A stretch of DNA of 64,000 nt from assembly GCF_001194135.2 (NCBI RefSeq), contig NC_068985.1, positions 17,061,003-17,125,002 of the forward strand, read 5' to 3'. The notes under the pieces are model-generated. The model made no database searches and was not told where the DNA came from. It saw only the letters and a program-made list of their open reading frames with translations. Every line of letters starts with the position of its first letter. The first letter of the stretch is position 1. This document shows positions 51,817 through 64,000 of this stretch, piece by piece. A program made the position numbers and the translations under genes. Source of the stretch: Octopus bimaculoides. Taxonomy: Eukaryota.

Positions 51817-52574
51817 CTTCTCTTCCTCTCTCTCTCTCTCCCCTTCTCTTTCTGTCTCCCACTCTCCCTCACTAATGTAGCAATCTGCCTCAGAGTGGCA
51901 ATCTCTCTCCTACAAGTCTAAACACTTTTCTGTAAATTGTGAACTAGCAAATACATAAATTGAAATAAAACAAACACTGTTGTCATGGTTCCTATAAAAG
52001 TCGTAACAGGTTGGTGCAGCACTGCACCTTACCTTTTGACTGGCAATAAGACGGTTCCCAAGACGAGAAGAACAAGCATTAAGTCTCACAAAATATCATG
52101 AGAAAAAAGTCAAGATAGTGACCAGGTCATAGCTTTAGCTCTGGGTGGTAGGCCTAGCATGTTGTTCAGGAGATTCTATGTGAATGTTCCAGCAGCTAGA
52201 AATAGCAGCTAAATCTCTCTCAAATTACATACAACTATTTTGAAAAGGAACAAGAATACATAGTTCTAGGTACACAGTACCTGACAAAAGGAGAACAGGA
52301 TGGTCATAGATGAAAAGCCAATGATTGTAAGTCTGTAAATGTTCAGACTGATCTCAGTCACATAACAATTTGGATATTTACCTTTTCATTAATATACAAA
52401 TGAGAATATGATATGCAATGTTTCTTAGCTCAAAAAACTTAAGTGCACCTCTTAAGGGTATAGGGATTGTAAAAATAAAAAAGTCATGGGCTAAGCTTCC
52501 TTTTTTTCCTTCCCGCTGACTCCTTCAATACAATATATCGAGTTCTGCCAATAACTGGCAAGTAAAAAATGTAA

Positions 52575-52917
52575 TACTGCTGAGACCCCCTTCGGTCATG
52601 ACTGACCATGGGATTGCACCTAGAAAGTTACTCTCCGAGGCACGAGTCCGGGCAAGGTTGTTTATGGAAGACCAGCAGTTGCCCATGCATACTGGCCTCC
52701 CCTTTCCATGCCAGTGGTGTTATCCAAGGGAAAGGCAAAGGTCAATACAGCTTGGCACCTGTGACATCGCAACTCATTTCTACAGCTGAATGAACTGGAG
52801 CAATGTGAAATAAAGTGTCTTGCTCAAGAACACAACACGCAGCCCGGTCTGGGATTTGAGCTCACAACCTCACGATTGTAAGCTCGATGCTCTAACCACT
52901 GAGCCATGTGCCTTCAC
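52575..52917 (-). mobile_element. tRNA-derived CORE-type SINE with a third tail type
   Basis: Minus strand: TGGCTCAGTGGTTAGAGC, GAGCTCAAATCC, GTTGTGTTCTTGAGCAAGACAC..TTGCTCCAGTTCATTCAGCTG, then a tail unrelated to 11231 and 42450. Confidence 0.87.
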
Positions 52918-55041
52918 TAAAAAAGTAATAACAAGGTTAATTAATGAGAGATTTGCTGAGTAGGTAACATGTAAAGTAATCAGTAATAGTTTGATATAAA
53001 GAGCCATTAGCAATAGTTAATATATAAAACATTAGCAATAAGTTCAACTGTGGCAAGTTAGAAAAAAAATATGTGAAGAGATTATTGCAATCAGGAATAA
53101 AAGTTTCAATAGATATCAAAGCATATCAACACTGGACAAAGAGAGAAAATAAATTTTATCAGATATTAGAAATGGAAGTAATAATTATCAAAATGAGCAA
53201 GACTATTTTAGTAACAATGCCCTTGGTTCAAGGCTAATGAAAAACAAAAACAAACACTTAAATAGCCTAAACATGATTTACAAGGTACTGGATTAGAACA
53301 ACTAAGGAAAGATAGTTGCTTTAAAGTAAAATCGTCAAATTTGTGATAACAGAATGTATTAATGATTGAAGAAAACAAGCTTTAGGTTGTCAAATTCAGA
53401 GAATTTATATCACTGATATAAAGCTTGATAAGAACAAGAATTTCTTTTTTAATGGCTTAGTCAGAGGGCAGAGTTCATGAGCTTCTTCACAGGGTTTGTG
53501 ACCAATTGATGAAAATAGAACTTATCCTCAGATCAATCTTGGTTAGATGCTTGCAACAGAGTGGACTCCTATAAAGGAACCCCAAGACCAAAGGAACACC
53601 CAAGAACAAGAATGGCTCATCTGATAGACTTCCACAGATTTTACTAACAATATGCAATAGGCGCAGGTGAGGCTGTGTGGTAAGAAGCCTGCTTCCCAAT
53701 CACATGGTTCTGGGTTCAGTCCCACTGTGTGGCACCTTGGGAAAGTGTTTTCTATACCCTCAGGCCAACCAAAGCCTTGTGAGTGGATTTGGTAGATGGA
53801 AACTGAAAGAAGCTCATCGTGTGTGTGTGTACTTGTATGTCTGTGTTTGTCCCCCTACTGTCACTCGACAACCGATGTTGGTGTGTTTATGTCTCCCGTA
53901 ACATAGCAGTTCGGCAAAAGAGACCGATAGAATAAGTACTAGGCCTACAAAGATAAGTCCTGGGGTCAAATTGTTTGACTAAAGCCAGTGCTCCAGCATG
54001 GCCACAGTCAAATGATTGAAACGAATAAGAAAAAAAAAAGAATACTTTCATTAAGCCAAGGCCATCAGAGACCACACGTGTCCACTCTGGGGGACTGAAC
54101 CTGAAAACACACAGTTTGACAGTGAACTTTTAACCATACAGCTATGTCATGGTTGACAAAAGGTCTTGCATAGTTAGACATAACACATAGATGCAGACAC
54201 AGTTGTGTGCTTAAGAAGCTCACTTTGCAACAGAGTGATCAGGGGTTCAATCTCACCATGTGGCACCTTGGGCAAGTGTCTTTTAGTACAGCCCTTGGTC
54301 AACCAATGCCATGTGAGTGAATTTGATAAGTGGAAACTGTGTGAAAGCCCTTCACATATGTGTGTGTGTGTGTGTGTGCGAGTGTGTGAGTGTGCATGTG
54401 TGTGTGTGTGTGTGTGTGTGTGTGCTTGTCACCCAACCTCACTGCCCACCACATGACAACTGGTGTTGGTTTGTTTCCATCCTCCAAAACTTATTGGTTT
54501 GGTAAAAAGAGACTAATAGAATAAGTATTGGACTTTAAAAAAAAAATCCACAAGTAATGAAAATAATTTATTCAACTAAAACCCTTCAATGCACTGCCCC
54601 AGCATGGCCACAGTCAAATGACTCAAACAAATAAAAGATAGATGATGAGCAAAGACATGTGAGAAAGATTAAGGGGGTTCTTTTGTGAGTAAAGTAAAGC
54701 AAAGTGCTTTGTAGTTGGACTATAAATTGTTTGTGTTACGAAGACATTTGTAGAACAATGACACAAACAATGTAATGCTGTTTCCTGTGGAGTAGAGGAG
54801 CGGGGATACCGGTGGATAAGGTCACCAAGTAAACAAACTGTTCTTCCATGAATGAGTTCAATTAGCCAACAGGACAATCATTTTTGAACCCTGATCAGTT
54901 TCTGAGCAAGAATTGGATTTAAATGTTCATAGCAGTTCAAAGTTTTGTAGTTGTTGTTGCAGTCAGCTGTGACTGTGCAGACTTGTGGTCAAAGACATTC
55001 CAAGATATAATCATCTTGATAAGATTAGGAAATTATTCATA

Positions 55042-55204
55042 GGTGCAGGAGTGGCTGTGTGGTAAGTAGCTTGCTTACCAACCACATGGTTCCGGGTTCA
55101 GTCCCACTGCGTGGCACCTTGGGCAAGTGTCTTCTACTATAGCCTCGGGCCGACCAAAGCCTTGTGAGTGGATTTGGTAGACGGAAACTGACAGAAGCCC
55201 GTCG

Positions 55205-55236
<32 letters not shown>

Positions 55237-55629
55237 CTACACTCTCTGAGTGGTTGGCGTTAGGAAGGGCATCCAGCTGTAGAAACTCTGCCAAATCAGA
55301 CTGGAGCCTGGTGTTGCCATCCGGTTTCACCAGTCCTCAGTCAAATCGTCCAACCCATGCTAGCATGGAAAGCGGATGTTAAACAATGATGATGATGATG
55401 ATGATATATATATGTATGTATGTGTGTTTGTATGTCTGTGTTTGTACCCCCACCATCGCTTGACAACCGATGCTGGTGTGTTTACGTCCCCGTAACTTCG
55501 CGGTTCGGCAAAAAGAGTATTTTAGAATAAGTACTAGGCTTACAAAGAATAAGTCCTGGAGTCGATTTGCTCAACTAAAGGCGGAGCTCCAGCATGGCTG
55601 CAGTCAAATGACTGAAACAAGTAAAAGAG
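55042..55629 (+). mobile_element. SINE family A, full length, with a nested family C end (55237-55405, +)
   Basis: Near-consensus arms; the insert lies in the central (TA)n. Confidence 0.92.
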
Positions 55630-55633
55630 TAAT

Positions 55634-55845
55634 CCCTTTAGTGTTTTAAACTGGCAATATTTGGCCTGAATATTTTACGTGTTTTATGTTCAAATTGGCC
55701 AGATCCAGCCTCTCACTTCTATCCTACAATGTCATTGTAAAAAAGTAAACAATCACACCGTCAAAATTTCAAAACTCACATGATAACTGCATGACGAATA
55801 CAAAACAATGTGAATAAGTAAGAATTACATTTGACAGTTAAAGGG
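55634..55845. mobile_element. piggyBac-like MITE
   Basis: CCCTTTAGTG...AAAGGG-TTAA; reverse-orientation homologue of 25121-25340. Confidence 0.72.
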
Positions 55846-56031
55846 TTAAATACACATATTTCTCTTGTTTGATCATCTTGTCCTTCACTGGAACATAACA
55901 ATTATCCAATCTGTCTCTCCAATTTCAAGATAAAAAGTTCATGGCTTTTCTTAACAGGTCAGCCAACTACACAGATTCTTGCATTGGTGCTTGACTATAC
56001 TGTTGGCTTAAGTTGCTCATGTGAAAGATAC

Positions 56032-56090
56032 CTGAATCAACTCCAAACAGTGAATTATTATAGTTCTTTGATCTTAAATAATAGATAAAA
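56032..56090 (-). CDS. Candidate internal exon (FIYYLRSKNYNNSLFGVDS)
   Basis: Acceptor CATTCTTTCAG, donor CAG|GTATCT, single open frame, phase 2 to 1. Confidence 0.25.
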
Positions 56091-56817
56091 CTGAAAGAAT
56101 GATCATTTTTAATTTCTACTTTATTTATACCTTTGCTGTTAATTATCTACAGGTATGATTATTATATCTATATAAACTTGTTAATACACACAGATATAAA
56201 TGTTTTAAAAAATACACACATACATGATTCAAATACAATAACATTAACAGTTATTTGTCCCACAATTTAAAGAAATTAAATTGCACAACCTGCCAGTCTC
56301 CCTTGGGCAGTACTACTTAAAAACCTACTTTTCTCATTTTTGTTTGAAGAACTCTGAGAATGAAAGCTGATTGCTATGTAATGTAAGACAATTTAATATA
56401 TCTAGGCACAGCGTGGTATAGGCAGAGTGTGGCTGTGTGGTAAGAAGCTTGCTTCCCAGCCACATGGTTCTGGGTTCAGTCCCACTGTGTGGCACTTTGG
56501 GTAAGTGTTTTCTACTATAGCCTCAGGCTGACCAAAACCTTGCAAGTGGATTTGGTAGACGGAAACTGAAAGAAGCCCATCGTGTGTGTGTGTGTGTATT
56601 TATGTGTGTCTGTGTTTGCCTCCCCCATCATAACTTCACAACTGATGTTGGTGTGTTTACGTACCCGTAACTTAGCGGTTCAGCAAAACAGACTTTCTTG
56701 AACATTTTGATAATTTCAACATAAAATAAACTTCTCAACATCTTAACCCTTTCATAATGATATTTATGAAATTGTGTTTCAATTCATTTAGAAAATAATC
56801 AAAAATTTTAATAATAC

Positions 56818-57125
56818 CAGGCATGAGAATGGAGTCTTCTTGATGATATGAATGACTGGAAGTACTCAACAGACCCCCCAGGATCAACAAAACAACCAGA
56901 AATCATCAGGAAGAGTGGCTTGAGGCCAGATATTGTACTCCATTCCAATCCATCAAAGCAACTAATTTGGATTGAACTTATCGTGCCATTTGAATGTAGA
57001 ATAGAAGCACGTGCATTCAAGACCAAAGAATATGCCAGTCTGGCCAACAACCTGAGGGAAGCCAACTTCTGGGTCAAGGTTCTTATCATAGAGGTTGGAA
57101 CTAGAGGTTTAGTGAACAAATCTAT
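56818..57125 (+). mobile_element. Restriction-like endonuclease domain fragment of a HERO-like non-LTR retrotransposon
   Basis: LLDDMNDW...GLRPDIVLHS..KQLIWIELIVPFE..IEARAFKTKEYASL....VKVLIIEVGTRGLV matches the RPD..IEL(T)VP(W)E..K..KY..EVG.RG pattern of RLE elements. Confidence 0.82.
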
Positions 57126-58713
57126 GGTTTGTTTCCCTTCCTAATGCCAACTGCTTTACAGAATGAACTGGGTGCTTTTTACATAGCACCAGTAGCAGTG
57201 ACATCACCAAGTGGTTTGCAGAACAAGATCCCTCGACTGAGGGAAGTAGCTTTGAGGAACAGAAGGGTGTCTTGCATTAGAAGAGAGACATGCCTTCCTC
57301 AGATGAAGGAGAGAGAAGAGAAAGATGGTGAAGATGTGACAGAGAGAGTGGGGGGCATACTTTTCTCCTGTTTGTTTCCTCATATACACACGTGCACACA
57401 CCATACCATTTGAAGGCAATATTTTTGTATTTTAATGCTAAAGAAAGTAACTCTGAGTGAGTCACCTTAGTAGCATTGATGTTTCACCACTACCATGACA
57501 ACCAACGTTGTTATTTAAGTATGAATATGAAAGCTGAGTCAATAGAGAGGTGTTCCAACTGGATGAAATCCCGAAGTGGTTTAAATGCACAAGTCTCCAA
57601 TATCCAAGTGGCTAAAAAGTGTCAGCAGAATGGTACTCAGAAGTCATGACCTGGACGTGGCCTGCTCCCTGAAAGTGTAAGAAGATAAGGGCTGAAATAC
57701 TTGCCTAGTGGAGTGCAGTCTTCATTGAAGACCTTTTGCTGATCAGCTCTCTTAAGTGTTTCTTATCACTAATATAAAATCACTAATTTGTTAATTGTGA
57801 TATTAGGAACACAACATAACAAAAGACTCTTAAATAAAATCCTGGTGGAAGGTTTTCATTTAAATATGAAAGCTTTAAAATGAAAGGTTTCTTATCACAG
57901 AATCAGAGGCACTTTTAGGCAAGTTGATACTGACACTTATTCTAAATTTCTTATTTCCTTCCAAGATTATAATCTTAAAACCTACAAATGTGTGTGTGTG
58001 TGCATGCGCACACGTGCACGTGCATGTGTGCATACATGCACGATGGGCTTCTACAGTTTTTGTCTATCAAATTCCTCTCCCAAGGTATTGGTCGATAGTA
58101 GAAAACAGGACTATAGATAAAAGGTACTTGCCAAAAGTACCACACGATTGGGTCAAACAAAGAATCGGTCACAAAGTGAACTTTATTAACCACACTGCCA
58201 TGACTGGAACTAAATATTTAGTTGTATTATACATTTCCTTTCCATCCCCAACTCCCCAACTCCTCACTGTCACTAAGTACCATTATTTTAGTATACACTT
58301 CTTTTTTTTTTTTCGAGTATCTCCAACTAATTTCCGTCACTTATCTCACATTTATAAACTCTTCCGTTGTTCAAGACATTTCCGTTCTCTCATTGCTTGT
58401 GAATTATCTAATCAACATCAACAAAGTAACTTATCTGTGTTGTACAACTAATCTTTGGTGATTTATTAAAATATCTATAGAATATGAAGATTTTGCAGTA
58501 GTTGTTTAATCCAAGGTGAGCCCTGATCAAGCAGGACTATGATCAAAGGAGTTCTTGTCTTGAATATTCCTTTTTGTTGAAGCATTTTATGTAACCTTGA
58601 TTTTTTTGTCAGTCAGTGAAGGTGAGATATGAGAGAGATAAGGTTCTTATTTACAGTAAACCAAGCAACAGCGTCAAAGCTGCCTTATTGCTTGAAGATT
58701 CTACAGCATTCTA

Positions 58714-58891
58714 CAGGGTGTCCACAAAGTCTGGGTACATGGAGAAAATAATAATTTCTTAAAGTATATGTTAATCCCCATGTGGGTACATGGAGTAAAT
58801 AAAATCATAACAGAAACAATTAAATATAAGAAATAATAATTTCTTAAAGTATGTGTTAAACCCCATGCACCCAGACTTTGTGGACACCCTG
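58714..58891. mobile_element. Tc1/mariner MITE with an internal duplication
   Basis: 31-bp TIRs CAGGGTGTCCACAAAGTCTGGGT(A/G)CATGG(A/G)G with 2 mismatches; TA TSD on both sides. Confidence 0.92.
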
Positions 58892-60149
58892 TACAATGAT
58901 GCAAGAATTTGTTAACAATATGAAATCAAACGAAAATATTTCAACTGACCAAATAAATAACATGTTAGATTTTTTTCTTTTTTCAATTCATGAGTCATGC
59001 CTTCATATCCTGTCACTGACATTCTGCCATGCATATGGCAAGCCACTAAACATTCTTCTGCTACTTATTCTATAGCAGAAGAGAAGGAAACCATCAACTA
59101 TGAAGCAATAAATTAACCAGACATTGATGAGTAGTTTAAAACTTTTATCATATCCTCTTAAACGAGAATATATAAATTCAATTTTGAAAAATTATTTCTT
59201 TTTGTACCCATATGAACAACGAAAATAGCAGAACAAATAAAAAAAAATCTCCCTTGCTGAAGGATAAAACCTATGAAAACTTTGAATTTTTTGGTAACCC
59301 TTTTGATACTAAGCTGCCTGAAACTACTTTTGGTTCTATAATACAAAATTATGTGGCATCACAAAGCACCTGTGCCGTGCCACATAAAAGTATCCAGCAC
59401 ACTCTGTAAAGTGGTTGGCATTAGGAAGGCCATCCAGCCATGGAAACCAAGCCAAATCAGACAGGAGTCCAGTGCAGCTCCCCTAGCTTGCCAGCTCTGG
59501 TCACACCATCTAACCCATGCTAGTATGGACAATGGACATTAAATGATGATGATGAATACAAAAATGACCATTTTAATGTGTTCGTATAATTCTATGAAAG
59601 AACCTCTTGTTATGGATCAGAAACATGAGATTAATAACGACAAAGCTAATTATGATACTAAATTCATTCAAAGTCATGATTATTTTTAGAATTAATTAAA
59701 ATATATATGTTGTATATCTCATTAGAAATAAGACCATGAATGGGTTCAATTCAGTGATTATTATAGTGATTATAGGAGTATTGATTTTATGAGAGCAGTG
59801 ACTGGCAGAATTAGTGGAGTGCTTGTCAGAATACATTGTGATAATTAGAAATATCCCTCTAATATTTTGATTTTTTAAAAAAAAGCCTCTTCCACTAAGA
59901 ACGTTGGCCTTCCAGAATTCTCTCTGTGCACACATATCTTACAGTCATAAACTTGTAAATCTCCAACATAAACCATGTCTATATCACTGATCTCAGAGAG
60001 CCCTCATAGGCCACAGACACAGCCCCTTCCTCCAAACAAGTCCAATGGAAAAATCTTGTCAAGATTGGCTATGCCTTACATCCCACCAACATTTATAAAG
60101 TGACATACAAGTCAAATATTTGGGTTGATAAATTCAACTGCCTTCCTCA

Positions 60150-61239
60150 TCGAAATTTCTGGCTTTATGCCAAAGTTAGAAATTACTCTTTTAATGGAAG
60201 ATACCACAGCAACTTACACTCTCTGATCCCATTCATTCTCCTCATTAATAATTCCCTCCATATTCTCCTTCCAAACTCTTCCACTGTCCTTCTCACAAAA
60301 AAATCAATCTTCCATTACTCCCCCTCATGCATCTTCCTCCCTCAACACCCAAACACTCTATCTGGGTTCTCATCCAGCCCACTCAACCTCTCCTCAGCTC
60401 CTTCCTCATAGATCTCACAACCACTCACTTTGCACGATTCTTCATGTTATTATACCTGGCTTTCATTTGCTCAGTCCTATTATTACATAAAGTTTTGTAT
60501 GCTTCCTTCTTCTTCGTTATTGCATCTCTCACCTCTTCATTCCACCACCATGTATCTCCTTGATCTCTCCTACCCTTCATCCTTCCACACACTTCATCAC
60601 ATCCCTTTAGTACCCTTTCTTTAAAAGACTTTCACAAATCTGGTGCATCAATGCTTACCAACTCCTCAACTCTCTCCTCAAACCTTGCTGTTGTTTCTTC
60701 CTCCTTCAGTTTCCATACCCTTCTCCTCTCAATTGTTTCCTTTCTCACACACTTTTTAACTTTCCTCTTATCCAAGTCAGCAACCACCAACCACTAACCT
60801 GTGCTGCAGCTCCCCTCTTATTGTCTTCACATCTCTCAGATTCTTTCTGTTTTTCCTGCCAACCAACACAAAATCAATCTGTCTCAATCCCTCCTGCACT
60901 GAAAGTCACCTTCCTTTTCTCTGTTTTCCTAAACCACGTATTCACCACACACAACTCTTTCTCATCACAAAACTCTAACAACATCCTTCCTTCCACATTT
61001 CTCTCCTCAATTCTGTTTCCCCTATGCACACCCTCAAAGCCCTGGATCCATTTCCCAACATGTCCATTAAAATCACCCATGCCCAAAACCAATTCATCTA
61101 CCTTATGTAAGTCCCACTCATTCACTATTTCATCAAAGAACTGCTCTTTCTCAGCGATCCCTATTCCACTTTGCGGACCATACCCACAAATCCCCCTCAC
61201 CACTTCTTCCTCAAATGCTAACACTATTGTCATCACTCT
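60150..61239 (-). mobile_element. RTE LINE ORF fragment: AP endonuclease and linker, running into the assembly gap
   Basis: GDFNGHVG, RNVEGRMLLEFC, NTWFRK; after a frameshift IDFVLV..QHRLVV, RRVWKLKEEE, TWWWNEEV. Stops and frameshifts are present. Confidence 0.93.
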
Positions 61240-61522
61240 NNNNNNNNNNNNNNNNNNNNNNNNNNNNNNNNNNNNNNNNNNNNNNNNNNNNNNNNNNNNN
61301 NNNNNNNNNNNNNNNNNNNNNNNNNNNNNNNNNNNNNNNNNNNNNNNNNNNNNNNNNNNNNNNNNNNNNNNNNNNNNNNNNNNNNNNNNNNNNNNNNNNN
61401 NNNNNNNNNNNNNNNNNNNNNNNNNNNNNNNNNNNNNNNNNNNNNNNNNNNNNNNNNNNNNNNNNNNNNNNNNNNNNNNNNNNNNNNNNNNNNNNNNNNN
61501 NNNNNNNNNNNNNNNNNNNNNN
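61240..61522. other. Assembly gap (N run); a second 10-N gap lies at 19439-19448
   Basis: Direct. Confidence 1.
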
Positions 61523-63949
61523 CCATTGGCCATCATACGACAAGTCATGCTTGCGCAACCCAGGATGAGGGTTTCCACCTTCGTTTTTGAGGTAGGCAGG
61601 TGCAGCCCACCCCAACCTTTGGGCTGGCTAGTGCCCATTCTCTTTTGCTATCATGAGGCTTTCTCAGAACTGGATCTTCTACAGGAACCATGCCCTTGCT
61701 TACCCCCAACCTCAGTTTCTAGTCATGACTGGTCCCAAGACCAAAGCCTCGACCATGATTTTTAAGAAATGTGGTGGAAAACTAGCTCAAGAAGGCAGGG
61801 ACGCTACTCCCTGAGACCCCTTTCGGAGCCCCCTAGATCAACTAAAATTTTCCAAGGCGATGCACCAGCATGGCCACAGTCTAATAACTGAAACAAGTAA
61901 AAGATAAAAGATATCAGTCACATTACAACTGACAACACCTAATAAGACTTTCTCTCTGATCAGATAATTAAAGAATTTATCAAGACTTCTCAGTAATAGT
62001 CTGTTTAGTTGCTGTGTTATTGGCCAAAAGCAATGTTAAATGTTAAATCTATTTAAATACTAATGCTTTTACTCCTATTATGAGTCTTGTTAATTGAGGA
62101 AATAAAGCCGACTATGGAGCAACAATTAATGGAATTAACAAAACCTAATGAATCTGTCCTCAGACAGGGATTTAAGATCTTCAACAAAGATTTGACACTA
62201 GCTGCTGGACATTTAATTCCAGGCTGTCGTTAAACTTTTAACTTTGCTCTTTTATTTCGTGCTAATTTACTTGTTAAGTGGTGTTAGAGTTAAATAAATT
62301 TACAAACTAGGTTTCCATTATTATATCAGAGACAAGTGGAAACCAAAGTGTTACATTAAATTCTTGGAAGATTGGAGCCTATAAGTTGCCTTCAGTTGGA
62401 AATATTTAATTTCCCTCATAATGATTTCTAAGAAGTGAGCAAATTAGCAGAATTATTGATTTCAAATCTTGGAACAAGTTCAGGGAACAAGTTAGACGAT
62501 TACATTGATCACAGTACACAAGTGGCACCTATTTTATCGACCCCAAAAGGATGAAAAGTAAAGTCAACCTCAGCAGAATTTGAACTCAGAACATAAAGAT
62601 GGACAAAATGCCTCTAAGCCAACAATTAGCTGAATTTTTAAAGTGTTTGTATAAAATGTTTTGTGATATTTAGTTACAACTCTTTAAGTTCTCGTTTCAA
62701 AATCCAACTTTGCATTTTCCCCTTCTGGGGCTCAATAAAATTAGTACCAATCAAGTATTGGTATCTATATGGACAATTGCACACTTCCAAAAAATTTGTG
62801 GCCTTCAACTTATGTTAAGGATCATAGTTGGACTTTGAAAATTTGTGACAAAAGGCAATGTATTTTGGAAGGATATAGACTTTTGGTGATATTTCATAGA
62901 ATTCTAATAATTATTCTTGAAGTATAACATATCTAAATGCTGGAGATGATTTTGTGGGTTGCTACTAAACATTTGATCAGCTATGTCTGGTCAGCCAAGG
63001 GCTAAAGAAGATGAAATATACCCAAGGTACCACATGCCACACAATGCGATAAAACTCAAATTTTCTTAACCATATAACCATGCCTTATGTTTTATAATTA
63101 ATTTTGAAAATTATCAAGAATTTGGAAGGAATTTACTAAACTGAACCAACTTTGGTATTATTGAACCAAGTGTTTAGAATAATACTCAACCAAATATTCT
63201 TACATAAAATGATTGACAGTTTTAATTCAAATATAAGCATCAACAAAAAGAACTTGAAGTGATCAGTCGGATGTGGGTTGAGAACCAAAAGGGTTAATAT
63301 GCAGATCAAATTAATTTTTCTGACATCTGTCCCTCAACTGATAAAGTATGTTCCAGTTATATACCAGAGCTGAAATGTTAACAAGACATTTCTCTTATAA
63401 GAGAATTTATAGAAGACCCCATTAAATTTAAGACACTGTAAGGAGTGAAGTATAATAATACAGCATTAATTTAATATTAATGCACTTGACCTCTATTTGA
63501 GAGTGAGTATGAGAAAGTGGTGTCACATGGCTTGTGGACAACTGTGAGCAATTGAAATTATCTATGAAATCTCTGGACAAATTATTACAGTGCAAAGTTT
63601 TAAAATTGGAGGAAAGACAAATGACTGGAATTCAGGAAGCAGGCCATTTGTTCAACAACCCTTGCTCATTTGATTTTAATACAGCTGCCATCAACAGGAC
63701 AAGGGTTTCCAACACATAATTACTTCTATCATCAATTAATTGTTGCCAAACAGGCCATCACAGATTTCCTTGGATTCCAGATTTTTAACCCCCTTTATGT
63801 AATTGTCCCTGTATGTAGTCAAAATGAAACAGATTTATTTAAAATTACATGTACATCTATATATATATACATGTATGCATATAGATCTATATCTATATAT
63901 ATATATCTATACATATACGTGTACATATACATCTATATGTATACATATA

Positions 63950-64000
<51 letters not shown>

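Noticed and set aside
57680-57735. GAAATAC...TTGAAGA downstream of the HERO fragment as a possible type II hammerhead; other isolated CTGA(T/A/C)GA hits at ~14360, 28520, 38836 and 43665
   Set aside because: The required stems do not pair, or the core nucleotides are missing.
63534-63760. 61-aa ORF, and a minus-strand VDGSCIKIK resembling a Harbinger DGxH motif
   Set aside because: It is a single short motif with nearby stops and no TIRs; insufficient evidence.

Overview
Eukaryotic, AT-rich, repeat-saturated DNA from a gapped assembly (N-runs at 19439-19448 and 61240-61522). The repeat families are ones I associate with octopus genomes; that assignment is inference from memory, not a search. 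I see no prokaryotic features, rRNA, true tRNA genes or CRISPR arrays, and almost all ORFs in the supplied track are microsatellite or repeat artefacts. Supported content: (1) dozens of tRNA-derived SINEs of several modular families; (2) RTE-clade LINE relics (endonuclease, RT, and many 3' ends with a shared terminal palindrome), plus L2/CR1-like, R4/Dong-like and HERO-like RLE relics; (3) a decayed near-full-length Tc1/mariner element with DD36E spacing; (4) a TSD-flanked 217-bp foldback insertion inside that element whose two arms carry complementary halves of a hammerhead ribozyme core (Penelope-like); (5) mariner, pogo, hAT and piggyBac-type MITEs; (6) a tentative chain of phase-compatible minus-strand exons of an unrecognised host gene. 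Letters A-G are my working labels for repeat families, and SINE/LINE boundaries are approximate unless a TSD is given.
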